Shown here: piece after piece, positions 5,516 through 14,240 of the stretch
How the letters are laid out: the number at the start of each line of letters is the position of its first letter
Numbering within the stretch: the stretch's first letter is position 1
Assembly (NCBI GenBank): GCA_964373915.1
Contig: CAYJWP010000004.1
Span: forward strand, 1 to 58,233
DNA length: 58,233 nt
DNA from: an uncultured Candidatus Saccharibacteria bacterium
GTDB taxonomy: Bacteria; Patescibacteriota; Minisyncoccia; UBA6257; UBA11618
Direction of reading: 5' to 3'
Notes under the pieces: generated by a model
What the model saw: only the letters and a program-made list of their open reading frames with translations
Told to the model about the DNA's origin: nothing
The model's database searches: none
Program-made: the position numbers and the translations under genes

Positions 5516-8515
5516 TTAAAATGAACCCAGCTTCAAATACCACTCCCCGGCGACAGAAATGGCATTCTGGAAAAAGCTCTGGAAAAAAGCGCGGTGGTCG
5601 CTGTAGCGCTCCACATCCAACACCAGCCAATAACTCCCTGCTCCTAGAACCACTTCCTGATTAAAAACAAAAGCAAAATCTTTTTCCGGATTAGGATTAA
5701 GCACTCCAACAACTGTTTTGGAAGCCAATAAATTATCCATGTCCGGCTGGCCGTTTTTATCGGGATAAATTCTTAATCTCAAATCAGCCGGCCAACCACC
5801 CTGCGTATGCCTTATTTTTACAACCGTAAAATTAAAAGCGATGGAAGCGCCTAAATCTATTTTCTGGCTCACCAGGGAGCTTTCGCAAGTCGGGCAATTG
5901 GGATTCTTGCTTCCAAAATTATTTCCCCAACCGCCTAATTGGTTTTGATTAAAAACCAGCTGGCTTTCCGGATAGCTCCAATTAGCCGCCTTCGCCTCAG
6001 AATAATTATTAAATTCATCTTTAGCTTTTAAGACAATTTCAAACTCATCGCCGGGAGCAACGGTTAAGACGTGGTTGGTGCCGGCAGTTTCTGTTTTTAA
6101 TCCGTTCACCAACAACTCATATCTTATCAAGCTGTCACGGCTATCAGCATCGGTTGCCTCTGGCCATTTAATCTCCAAAGTATTTTTTCCCTTATCAAAA
6201 ATCAAATCCAAATCTCCGCCCATCACCGGCGGCTGGTAATTAGGCGCTTGCTCTTGGAAAAAATATTTAGTCTTATCGGCAAGCTTCAACTCAAAAGTCT
6301 GCAATCCTCCTCCGGAGCTGTAAAAATCATAAAAAGCAATAGTTAAATACTGCGCCCGCTCATCAGTTCGAAGATGAATAATGTTATCCTCAATAAAACC
6401 ATAATTAAAAGCGCTGTTGTTTATTCCCCCCTGACTGCCAAAATTTTCAGCGATATCGGGCAATATCAGCGAGCTACGGCTGGCGTCACCGGCATAATTG
6501 GGGTAAGTAACAAATAAAAGATTATCGGCTTTAGGCAGCCAGTTGTTGTTGGTGTCTATAAATTGCTGATCGGCCGGATCGGAATCTTTGTAAAAAGCCA
6601 AAATTTTCCACCTGTCAACGCTACCTTCTATAAGGGGATATTGATTAAAAAAGATATCCACCAAAAAACTGCCGGCCCTGTTGGGATCTTTATAAAAATT
6701 TAAATTCTTTAAATGGTTTAAGGGACCAGCTTTTTCCGTAATGGAATCTTTGTCATCGCCTTTGACCGTTATGGCAATCGCTCCGCCACTTTGAGGATTA
6801 GGAAATTTGTTTAAGAAAAAATCTGTTTCTATTTTGCCGCTAGCGCAAACATTTCCCAACAAATCTCCCACTCCCTGCCCCAGAAAGCACCTGCCGTCCC
6901 TCCAGATATTTCTCTCCAAACCATTGCCGGGAATAAAATCAGCAAAACTGTCGCCGCTATAAGCAACCTTATCAACAATATTAGGGTCGCTATCGCCGTC
7001 AATAATCACAGCGTCATTCACTAGATAAATGGTGTCGGCGGAATTTTTCAAACTGCCGCTTTTCCAAAGCATGTCAGCGTCAGTATTATTGCCTAGCCAA
7101 ACCAAAAAAAATGATCGGGGCTTGATGCCGACATTGGCGTCAAAATTCTTCTTTTTGCCAGGCATCTGTAGCGACCAGCCGGTCAAATCAACAATCTGGT
7201 CGGTCGGATTGTAAATTTCTATAAACTCTTTGCCCATATCCACTCCTTCCGCGTCAAATAAAAATTCGCTGATAACCACGCGGTCAGCGGCAGGTGCGGC
7301 CACGGCTACCGGCGGCAGTGGGTCAGCGCCGCCAACGCCGTTATTAGAAATTTCACTAGTTGATGTTGCTAGAATTTTTTTGACAGAAACTATCGGTAAT
7401 AAATTAGCCACCGCTTTAATAGTGCTAGTGGCTTTAGACACTATTTTATTGTCTGTCGTCGTACTAAAACCATCTAAAATAGAACTGGCTTTAGCGAATA
7501 AGTTTGTTGAATTATTGATGAATTCTTTAGAAAGAACCTCCTTTTTAGGTAGGGGCTCAATATTACCAAGATTCTCGCCAACCTCCTTATAAAAGAGCGC
7601 TAAAAGACCGGCGCCAAACTCAATAGCCCGCCCCGACAATCTTTTCCAATGTCCGCTTAGGACTTCTGGGGCATCAACGGTTACATCATTACGATTGGCG
7701 AAAATAACATTCTTTCCTGAATTTCTGTAAAGGAAATAATCTCCAAGCTCATCTTTTTTAATACCGTATTGATAACCGTTATTAAACTCAATCTCATCTC
7801 TTTTTGGCTCAGCGTATTTTTCGACGCCGATGCTATCTTTACTATAAAAATTTTTATTAGTATAACTGGAAAGATTATCAAAATAATCATCAAGGCTATT
7901 TAAAACAACGGGTTTGCCAACGGCTGGCAAGTTATTAGCTCCAAATGTTTTAGAAAAATTCTCGTAGGGATCACCGGCGCCATGAGGATCGTTTCGAGTG
8001 TGAGCCGGAACCGCCTGATCCTGAAGCAAGTGAAGAACATGGCCCAAGCTATAGAAAGCCTGCTCCTTATCGCCATCAGCATAATACCGCAAAGCTTTTT
8101 GCCAAGTAAAATTAGTCTCCTCCGAGGAAAAAGCAAAGGGCAAAAGGCCGACAAAAAGAGAGTTAGGATTTAGAGACGCCTGTTCTTTTCCATTCTGCGA
8201 CCACTGCTTGGCGCTCAGCCATTTTTTGGGACCGATCTTCAACCCCTGATTGTTTACCGGATCGTAAAAATGATAAAGCCACCGCGGAGAATCATCTTCA
8301 TGCAAAGATCCCTTAGTAACAAGCTCTCCCATTTTTTCATTAATAGCTTTATTAGGGAAACGCTTATTAAATAGTCTTATCGCTTCTTCGGTTAAGAGCT
8401 TATGAGTAGACAATTCGTAAGCTAAAGTTTTTAAGGGAAGGAAAAAACAGAAAAGCAGAAGCGGTAAAATTATTATTACTGTCCTATTCATCACTATAAA
8501 CTTTCTATTTTCCAA
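5516..8515 (-). CDS. Large secreted multidomain protein: zinc-dependent phospholipase C-like domain + lamin-tail domain + Fn3-like/beta-rich C-terminal region
   Basis: Signal peptide/TM present. THKLLTEEAI, LYHFYDP and LGHVLHLLQDQAVPAHTRNDPH match the Zn-PLC (alpha-toxin N-domain) metal-ligand motifs. VVISEFLFDAEGVDMGKEFIEIYNPTDQIVDLTGWSL is a lamin-tail-domain signature. Start may be 8515 or 8491 (MNRTV). Confidence 0.8.
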   Translation of the reverse strand: MENRKFIVMNRTVIIILPLLLFCFFLPLKTLAYELSTHKLLTEEAIRLFNKRFPNKAINEKMGELVTKGSLHEDDSPRWLYHFYDPVNNQGLKIGPKKWLSAKQWSQNGKEQASLNPNSLFVGLLPFAFSSEETNFTWQKALRYYADGDKEQAFYSLGHVLHLLQDQAVPAHTRNDPHGAGDPYENFSKTFGANNLPAVGKPVVLNSLDDYFDNLSSYTNKNFYSKDSIGVEKYAEPKRDEIEFNNGYQYGIKKDELGDYFLYRNSGKNVIFANRNDVTVDAPEVLSGHWKRLSGRAIEFGAGLLALFYKEVGENLGNIEPLPKKEVLSKEFINNSTNLFAKASSILDGFSTTTDNKIVSKATSTIKAVANLLPIVSVKKILATSTSEISNNGVGGADPLPPVAVAAPAADRVVISEFLFDAEGVDMGKEFIEIYNPTDQIVDLTGWSLQMPGKKKNFDANVGIKPRSFFLVWLGNNTDADMLWKSGSLKNSADTIYLVNDAVIIDGDSDPNIVDKVAYSGDSFADFIPGNGLERNIWRDGRCFLGQGVGDLLGNVCASGKIETDFFLNKFPNPQSGGAIAITVKGDDKDSITEKAGPLNHLKNLNFYKDPNRAGSFLVDIFFNQYPLIEGSVDRWKILAFYKDSDPADQQFIDTNNNWLPKADNLLFVTYPNYAGDASRSSLILPDIAENFGSQGGINNSAFNYGFIEDNIIHLRTDERAQYLTIAFYDFYSSGGGLQTFELKLADKTKYFFQEQAPNYQPPVMGGDLDLIFDKGKNTLEIKWPEATDADSRDSLIRYELLVNGLKTETAGTNHVLTVAPGDEFEIVLKAKDEFNNYSEAKAANWSYPESQLVFNQNQLGGWGNNFGSKNPNCPTCESSLVSQKIDLGASIAFNFTVVKIRHTQGGWPADLRLRIYPDKNGQPDMDNLLASKTVVGVLNPNPEKDFAFVFNQEVVLGAGSYWLVLDVERYSDHRAFFQSFFQNAISVAGEWYLKLGSF

Positions 8516-8934
8516 ACTCCCGAAAAAGAATTGATTTCCATATTAATAGTTGTTTCAACTTCTCCCAAATCATCCACAATAATAAATTTAAAATCCCCGG
8601 GATGGATTGAATCCAGAGGGTTGGGTTTAGCCTCTAAAACTTTCTTGGCAATAACTCCTAATTCTCTATTATCTTTTTTTAGCTTTAGAACCTCCTCCCA
8701 TTCTTTCCGGCTGCCATTTTCATCCAGTATAAAATATTTAGCAGCCAATTCAGCGTCATTTTTTTCCAACGCTTCCACAAAAAGCCGTAAAGTTTCTTCC
8801 GGAGAACTGCCGCCATAGGTATCGGCTCTCATCAACTTTTCATAACTGCTCAAAACATCTCCGCTTTTTAAAAACCAGAGCAGACCACCCCCCGCAACTA
8901 AAAGCAAAATAAAAACCGGCAAAAATTTTCTCAT
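8494..8934 (-). CDS. Hypothetical membrane-anchored/secreted protein (146 aa)
   Basis: ORF track. N-terminal hydrophobic helix MRKFLPVFILLLVAGGGLLWF. A strong promoter lies just upstream. Confidence 0.55.
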   Translation of the reverse strand: MRKFLPVFILLLVAGGGLLWFLKSGDVLSSYEKLMRADTYGGSSPEETLRLFVEALEKNDAELAAKYFILDENGSRKEWEEVLKLKKDNRELGVIAKKVLEAKPNPLDSIHPGDFKFIIVDDLGEVETTINMEINSFSGVWKIESL

Positions 8935-8949
8935 AAAATTTAAAAGTGG

Positions 8950-8978
8950 ATTATAGTAACCAACAAATAAGAAGTCAA
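8950..8978 (-). promoter_or_regulatory. Strong sigma70-type promoter for the 8934 operon
   Basis: Minus strand reads TTGACT-N17-TATAAT. A 15-nt AT-rich leader without SD precedes ATG 8934. Confidence 0.55.
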
Positions 8979-8980
8979 CA

Positions 8981-9020
8981 CATCCTTCAACATCCGACGA
9001 TCGTCGGATATTGAAGGATG
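8981..9020. repeat. 40-bp near-perfect palindrome (19/20 arm match)
   Basis: CATCCTTCAACATCCGACGA|TCGTCGGATATTGAAGGATG, abutting the -35 box of the promoter above. Confidence 0.9.
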
Positions 9021-9126
9021 ATACTAGATGATGATACTGGATGATGAAGTAATACCGGATGTTGAACGTTGAATGTTGAATGTAAAAGGTTAAAGGTCAA
9101 AGATTGATGGTTAAAGAATGATAATA
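9016..9126. repeat. Tract of degenerate short tandem repeats (13-mers with GGATG cores, then 7-mers)
   Basis: GGATGATACTA / GATGATGATACT / GGATGATGAAGTAATACC / GGATGTT. Then GTTGAAC GTTGAAT GTTGAAT. Then AAAGGTT AAAGGTC AAAGATT GATGGTT AAAGAAT GATAATA. Confidence 0.8.
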
Positions 9127-9127
9127 G

Positions 9128-9169
9128 AAAAAAATAAAAAACCGCCAGGTGCGGTATTGCACCTGGCGG
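9128..9169 (-). terminator. Intrinsic terminator ending the trxB operon
   Basis: Minus strand reads CCGCCAGGTGC-AATACC-GCACCTGGCGG followed by TTTTTTATTTTTTT, 24 nt after the stop at 9194. Confidence 0.75.
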
Positions 9170-9193
9170 GAGCTGGGATCGGTGAAGTTGAAA

Positions 9194-9385
9194 TCAGTAT
9201 GGAATCTCATCAGCTAGATATTGGCAGTTGCGCCAGCCGGGCTGGCCTTTGAAGATTCCATCGGAAGCAGAATCTTGTTTTTCTTTCTCACTTTTTTTTC
9301 TCTTTTTTTTCTGAACTTCAACTGCCGGCAATAAAAGCCGACAACTATGGATGCGGTCTGACGAAAGCAACGCCGGCTCAATCAT
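9194..9385 (-). CDS. Possible small basic protein (63 aa), uncertain
   Basis: ATG 9385 overlaps the stop of the upstream 47-aa ORF (TATGATTGA), with GAGGAGG just upstream. Lys-rich core KKKRKKSEKEK. Could equally be a 3' UTR. Confidence 0.25.
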   Translation of the reverse strand: MIEPALLSSDRIHSCRLLLPAVEVQKKKRKKSEKEKQDSASDGIFKGQPGWRNCQYLADEIPY

Positions 9386-9521
9386 AAGCCTCCTCATCAG
9401 AGCCCTCTCCAACAACTTCCTCACTCTCGTCGCCCGCTTCTCTTAACGGGCGGATAATTTCATCAATTACATCGTCAAAAGTTATGCCGTATCGCTTTTG
9501 GTAAGAATCGGCTTCTGCCAT
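9378..9521 (-). CDS. Possible small acidic protein (47 aa), below the ORF-track cutoff
   Basis: My translation gives MAEADSYQKRYGITFDDVIDEIIRPLREAGDESEEVVGEGSDEEAYD. AAGGAG-N7-ATG. It starts 36 nt after the trxB stop. Confidence 0.4.
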   Translation of the reverse strand: MAEADSYQKRYGITFDDVIDEIIRPLREAGDESEEVVGEGSDEEAYD

Positions 9522-9557
9522 CTGCTTTCTCCTTAGAAGGTTCTGTCAACTAGACTA

Positions 9558-10487
9558 TCACCTTTTATGCAAATAGTCAAATATATTCAATACCGCCTTT
9601 ACCGCATCCCCTACAGAAACATTGTTTTGCTTATACAAGACATCACTGACGTCGCCCGCCGCCCAAATGCCATCAGCGGAAGTTTTTTGAGTTTTGTGGT
9701 CAACGATAATCTCATTGTAATCGTTAACCTCAACTAAATGCTTTACAAAATCATTATTGGGCACGGAACCGATTTCCACAAATACCCCGCCCAGCTTCAA
9801 AGTTTTAGATTTTCCACTCTTAACATCCTTATAACGCAGGCCGGTCAACATCTGGTCGCCTAAAATCTCCTCAGTCACCGAATTAAAAAGCACGGTCATT
9901 TTTTTAAGAGATTTAACCTTCTCCTGCGTTATGGCATCCCCCTTCAACCGATCGCTGCGCTGTACCAGATATAATTTTTTAGCATAAGAATTGAGCGTCA
10001 GCGCCGCTTCTAGGCCGGCATTGCCGCCGCCGATAACAGCCACCACCTTATCTTGAAAAAGAGGCGCGTCACAAGTGGCGCACCAAGCCAGCCCCTTGCC
10101 GTCAAATTTGTCTTCTCCGGGCACACCCAAACGGCGGCGGCGGCTGCCAGAAGCCACCAGCAGCGCTCGCGTCTCGGTTTTTTTGCCTTTTTTAGTGGCG
10201 ACAGAAAAACCCTTGCCTCCGCCAGCTGGCGAACCAATCTTAGTTACCAAATCCCCGTCCCAAATATCAATATCTTTTTCATAATTTCTTAAATGCCCCT
10301 CCAGCATTTGCGCCAAACCGAAACCGGAAACCGACTTGGTGCCAATCCAGTTTTGAACATCAGACGAAACCAAAGATTGTCCGCCAAAACTATCAGCGAT
10401 CAACAATGTTCTTATTTTTTTACGCGCCGCATAGACACCGGCGGCCACACCCGCCGGACCACCGCCGATTATCACTAAATCATACAT
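9558..10487 (-). CDS. trxB: Thioredoxin-disulfide reductase
   Basis: Contains YDLVIIGGGPAGVAAGVYAARK, the redox-active CATCD, GGGNAGLEAA and AAGDV. Confidence 0.9.
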   Translation of the reverse strand: MYDLVIIGGGPAGVAAGVYAARKKIRTLLIADSFGGQSLVSSDVQNWIGTKSVSGFGLAQMLEGHLRNYEKDIDIWDGDLVTKIGSPAGGGKGFSVATKKGKKTETRALLVASGSRRRRLGVPGEDKFDGKGLAWCATCDAPLFQDKVVAVIGGGNAGLEAALTLNSYAKKLYLVQRSDRLKGDAITQEKVKSLKKMTVLFNSVTEEILGDQMLTGLRYKDVKSGKSKTLKLGGVFVEIGSVPNNDFVKHLVEVNDYNEIIVDHKTQKTSADGIWAAGDVSDVLYKQNNVSVGDAVKAVLNIFDYLHKR

Positions 10488-10493
10488 AATAAG

Positions 10494-10727
10494 CTAAAGG
10501 TCTAGCGCCTTAGAAAAACCATCTCGGTCAAAACCGACAAAAATCTCCCCCTCGATGTCAACCACCGGCACCCCCAGTTGATTAGACTTGTCCACCATCT
10601 CTTGCCGCGCCTTGGCATCAGTGGAAACATCATGCTCAACGTACTCCACATTATTTTTCTTAAAGAATTCCTTAGCCATCTTGCAATAAACGCAAGTGGG
10701 GGTCGTGTATATCTCTACTTTCTTCAT
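10494..10727 (-). CDS. Glutaredoxin-like protein (NrdH/YruB-type)
   Basis: MKKVEIYTTPTCVYCKMAKEFF with a CxxC active site and LGVPVV. Start at ATG 10727. Confidence 0.8.
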   Translation of the reverse strand: MKKVEIYTTPTCVYCKMAKEFFKKNNVEYVEHDVSTDAKARQEMVDKSNQLGVPVVDIEGEIFVGFDRDGFSKALDL

Positions 10728-10770
10728 ATTTTTATTATACAATATCTGTCAATACCTCACAAAATCCCCC

Positions 10771-11493
10771 TTACTTATTCAACTCTTCCTCAATCGCCTG
10801 CTTGAAAACTTCATAAGGCTGAGCTCCCTGAATCAGCTTCTCACCCACAAAAATACTGGGTGTAGAAAGGCGCTGTCTAAGAGCGGCGCTGGCTGTTTGG
10901 TTACCGGCCTCAACCTTACCGGCGTACTTCTTGCTGTCCAAACACTGGTCGAATTTACCGGAATCCAATCCCAATGCCTTGGCAAACTTTTTCAGGTTAG
11001 CGTCGCTGAAAGCGCCGACATTTTCTCCATTCTTGCTCTGGGCGTAATAATTATCCCAAAGATATTCATAGAGATAATCGCTATAAGCCCAATACTTGCC
11101 CTGATCACCGGCGCAATGAGCCGCCATTGCCGCTTGTGTTGACTCCGGACCGAGAAAAGCCAGGTCAATCATCACTATGTTTGCCTTCCCTGTCTTTATG
11201 TACTCCTCTCTAATCTGCGCCCCCGCTTCTTTATGGAATCTGCCGCAGAAAGGGCATTGAAAATCGGCGAACTCAACTATTTTCACTGGAGCTTTTGGAT
11301 CACCCAGCACGACTTGGTCTTGGGAGGCCGAACCCAAAATCTTGCCGACATTAGCCACTACCGAATTTTCCTCCTCGGGAGAAACAGAACCGCGGGAACC
11401 GGCGTTGTAGACCAACGCACCCGCCACCACCACCGCCGCCACTAGAATGCTAATCGGCAACAAATACGAAGACCTTTGTTGATTATTTTCCAT
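10771..11493 (-). CDS. Membrane-anchored DsbA-family thiol:disulfide oxidoreductase
   Basis: N-terminal TM helix, VEFADFQCPFC active site and a DsbA-like helical insert. Start placed at MENNQQRSS (11493). Confidence 0.8.
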   Translation of the reverse strand: MENNQQRSSYLLPISILVAAVVVAGALVYNAGSRGSVSPEEENSVVANVGKILGSASQDQVVLGDPKAPVKIVEFADFQCPFCGRFHKEAGAQIREEYIKTGKANIVMIDLAFLGPESTQAAMAAHCAGDQGKYWAYSDYLYEYLWDNYYAQSKNGENVGAFSDANLKKFAKALGLDSGKFDQCLDSKKYAGKVEAGNQTASAALRQRLSTPSIFVGEKLIQGAQPYEVFKQAIEEELNK

Positions 11494-11494
11494 A

Positions 11495-12847
11495 TTGAAA
11501 GTAGCATATAGAAGCGTGAATACTCTTGTCAAGACAAAACAGCTAACTCTGGCCGCAGGCGATGTCTTGATTCTCTATCTGTCGCTGGCTTTGACGCTGA
11601 TTATCCGTTACAGCGATCCCTTTTCCGGCCAGCTGGTGGCCGACCACCTTAAGCCCTTTACCCCGATATTCATTATCTGGATTCTGATTTTTTATATCGC
11701 CGGCCTCTATGAAATCCAGCACCTGAAAAACAATCTGGATTTTATAAAAAAATATGCCGCCGCTATTTCCATTAACGCCATTATCGCCGTTGCCGCTTTT
11801 TATTTTATGGCCTCGGGCATTGCTCCAAAAACCAATTTACTAATCTTACTGGCTCTTTTCAGTATTTTTGAATTCTTTTGGCGCCGTTTTTATAACAAAT
11901 TTTTAAGCGCCGGAGCGCCCATGACCAATGTCTTGCTTATTGGTTCCAGCAATAATGTTCAGGAAATAGTCCGACAAATAAAACAAAACCCCCAACTTGG
12001 TTATGACATCAAATTTTGGATAAAAAGCGAGGTTGGCGACAAAGAAATAGAACACATCAGCCAGATTATCATCTCCGAAAAAATAGACCTTATTGTTATT
12101 CCCAGCCATCTGAAAAAAGATTCCCGCGCCGCCCGCGCCATCTATCGCAATCTGGCCTTAGGCATAGAAACTGTGGATGTCGCCTCTTTTTACGAAGTTA
12201 TTTTTAAAAAAATTCCCCTTTCAGAAATAGAGGAGGTTTGGTTTTTGGAAAATTTGGTCCATAAAAATAAAATTTACAATTGGACTAAACAGCCGCTGGA
12301 TATTATCGCCGCTCTGGCGTTAGCCGTTATAACCTTGCCCCTGTCCTTGCTGATTTTTATTCTGATTAAAATAACCTCCGCCGGTCCGGCGCTTTACAAA
12401 CAAAAAAGAGTGGGCCAATACGAAGCTGAATTCATCCTTTATAAATTCCGCACCATGCTTAAAGACGCGGAAAAAACAGGGGCGCAGTGGTCGCAACCGG
12501 ATGACCAACGAATAACTGCCATCGGCCTTGTTTTGCGACGCAGCCACCTTGATGAACTGCCCCAGCTCATTAATATTATCAAAGGAGAATTATCCTTTGT
12601 CGGCCCCCGCCCGGAAAGGCCAGAATTTACCGGCCAGCTGCAGGAAAAGATTCCCTATTACGAACTGCGTCATCTAATCCGCCCCGGTCTGACCGGCTGG
12701 GCCCAGCTCAATTACCGCTACGGCGCCTCAGTGGAAGATGCTAAAGAAAAACTCCAACATGATATTTTCTATTTGAAAAATCGCTCCCTGTGGCTGGATT
12801 TAGGCATTATCCTAAAGACCATTAAGCTTTTCTTTATAAAAAACTAA
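11495..12847 (+). CDS. Polyprenyl-phosphate glycosyl-1-phosphate transferase (WbaP/bacterial sugar transferase family), priming enzyme
   Basis: N-terminal TM bundle plus C-terminal KRVGQYEAEFILYKFRTM, DELPQLINIIKGELSFVGPRPERPEF and RPGLTGWAQ. TTG start in the track, so the exact start is uncertain. Confidence 0.85.
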   Translation: MKVAYRSVNTLVKTKQLTLAAGDVLILYLSLALTLIIRYSDPFSGQLVADHLKPFTPIFIIWILIFYIAGLYEIQHLKNNLDFIKKYAAAISINAIIAVAAFYFMASGIAPKTNLLILLALFSIFEFFWRRFYNKFLSAGAPMTNVLLIGSSNNVQEIVRQIKQNPQLGYDIKFWIKSEVGDKEIEHISQIIISEKIDLIVIPSHLKKDSRAARAIYRNLALGIETVDVASFYEVIFKKIPLSEIEEVWFLENLVHKNKIYNWTKQPLDIIAALALAVITLPLSLLIFILIKITSAGPALYKQKRVGQYEAEFILYKFRTMLKDAEKTGAQWSQPDDQRITAIGLVLRRSHLDELPQLINIIKGELSFVGPRPERPEFTGQLQEKIPYYELRHLIRPGLTGWAQLNYRYGASVEDAKEKLQHDIFYLKNRSLWLDLGIILKTIKLFFIKN

Positions 12848-12848
12848 G

Positions 12849-14240
12849 ATGCCGGGCACAATATTGAAAAATACGCTCTGGCTGAGCGGCGGAGAAATAT
12901 TAGGCAGATTAATGAGAGCGGTCGTGGTTATTTATGCCGCCAGAGTTTTGGGCGCCTCCCAATGGGGCGTTTTTTCTTACGCCTTAAGCTTAGCCGCCTT
13001 GTTTACGATTTTTGCCGACATCGGCTTAGGGGCCGCTCTTACTAGAGAGCTCGTTAAAAGCCCGGAGCGCCGAGATGAATTTTTATCAGCCTCTCTGGCT
13101 ATCAAAGCCGCACTCCTCCTGTTTGTCTCCCTAATTGTTATCTTTGCCTCTCCTTATCTCACTAAAATAATTATCCCTCAAACTTTAATTATTCTCACGG
13201 CTCTTTTAGTTGTTTTTGATAGCCTGCGCTCCTTCGCTTTTTCCATAGTCCGAACCATGGAAAAAATGCATATTGAGGCGCTAGTCAATATCGTCACTCA
13301 AGCATCTATCGTCGCTTTGGGATTATGGATTCTGACAACTAAACCTTCTATAGAATATCTAGCCGGCGCTTATGTCGCCGCCAGCGCTTTCGGATTTATC
13401 TTGGTTTCGTGGATTATCAGAAATTATTTTAAAAAAATATTTTTCGGCTTTGATCGCCAATTAATAAAAAAAATTATCGTCTCGGCTTGGCCTTTTGCCC
13501 TATTAGGATTGATGGGTAGTGTTATGCTCAATACTGATATCATTATGCTCGGCTGGTTCCGTAGCGCCAACGATATAGGTTATTACTCGGTGGGACAGAA
13601 AATAATATTCGTCCTCTACGTCCTGCCAGCCGTTATCTCCACCGCCGCATTCCCCGCCCTCACCCGACTTGCCAGCCAGCAGAAAAAAGGAGAGTTTGCC
13701 GAACTTTTGGTTAAAACCATTAAAACCACCCTGATAATTGCCTTGCCTGTAGCCGTTGGAGGAATTATTGTCGCTCCAAAGCTTATCAATCTGCTCTTTG
13801 GCCCTGAATATCAAGCAGCTGTTACCGCCTTTAGAATTCTTCTTGCCAGCTTAGTCATTAATTATCCATCAACCGTGCTGGGCAACGCTCTCTTTGCTTA
13901 TGACCAGCAGAAACAATTTATAAAATACGCCGCCATCGGCGCCGGTGGCAATATTGTTTTTAATCTTGCTCTCATTCCCTATTGGGGCGTAGAGGGCGCG
14001 GCTGTTTCCACTCTCTTTACTCAAATTATAAGCAACTATTTTGTCTGGCAAAAAATGAGGCGGATAAATTACTTCAATATGGGCGGTCATCTGATAAAAG
14101 CCATAATCGCCACAATTATCATGGCAGTTCAAGTATGGACTTTCGCTTGGTTTAATGTTAATCTGCCGCTTGTTATTGTAAGCGGCGCCCTTATCTATCT
14201 ATTGGTTCTATTACTAGTGAAAGAACCTGCTTTAACATGA
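12849..14240 (+). CDS. Wzx-like oligosaccharide flippase (MOP superfamily)
   Basis: 463 aa, polytopic (about 12-14 TM), with the typical N-terminal NTLWLSGGEILGRLMRAVVVIYAARVLG. Confidence 0.8.
   Translation: MPGTILKNTLWLSGGEILGRLMRAVVVIYAARVLGASQWGVFSYALSLAALFTIFADIGLGAALTRELVKSPERRDEFLSASLAIKAALLLFVSLIVIFASPYLTKIIIPQTLIILTALLVVFDSLRSFAFSIVRTMEKMHIEALVNIVTQASIVALGLWILTTKPSIEYLAGAYVAASAFGFILVSWIIRNYFKKIFFGFDRQLIKKIIVSAWPFALLGLMGSVMLNTDIIMLGWFRSANDIGYYSVGQKIIFVLYVLPAVISTAAFPALTRLASQQKKGEFAELLVKTIKTTLIIALPVAVGGIIVAPKLINLLFGPEYQAAVTAFRILLASLVINYPSTVLGNALFAYDQQKQFIKYAAIGAGGNIVFNLALIPYWGVEGAAVSTLFTQIISNYFVWQKMRRINYFNMGGHLIKAIIATIIMAVQVWTFAWFNVNLPLVIVSGALIYLLVLLLVKEPALT

Noticed and set aside
9016-9126. 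Possible CRISPR array
   Set aside because: Repeat units are only 7-13 bp, degenerate and contiguous with no spacers. No cas genes are in the window.
9194-9521. Toxin-antitoxin pair
   Set aside because: There is no recognisable toxin fold or motif (no PIN, RelE, MazF or HicA-like features). The pair is only kept as low-confidence micro-ORFs.
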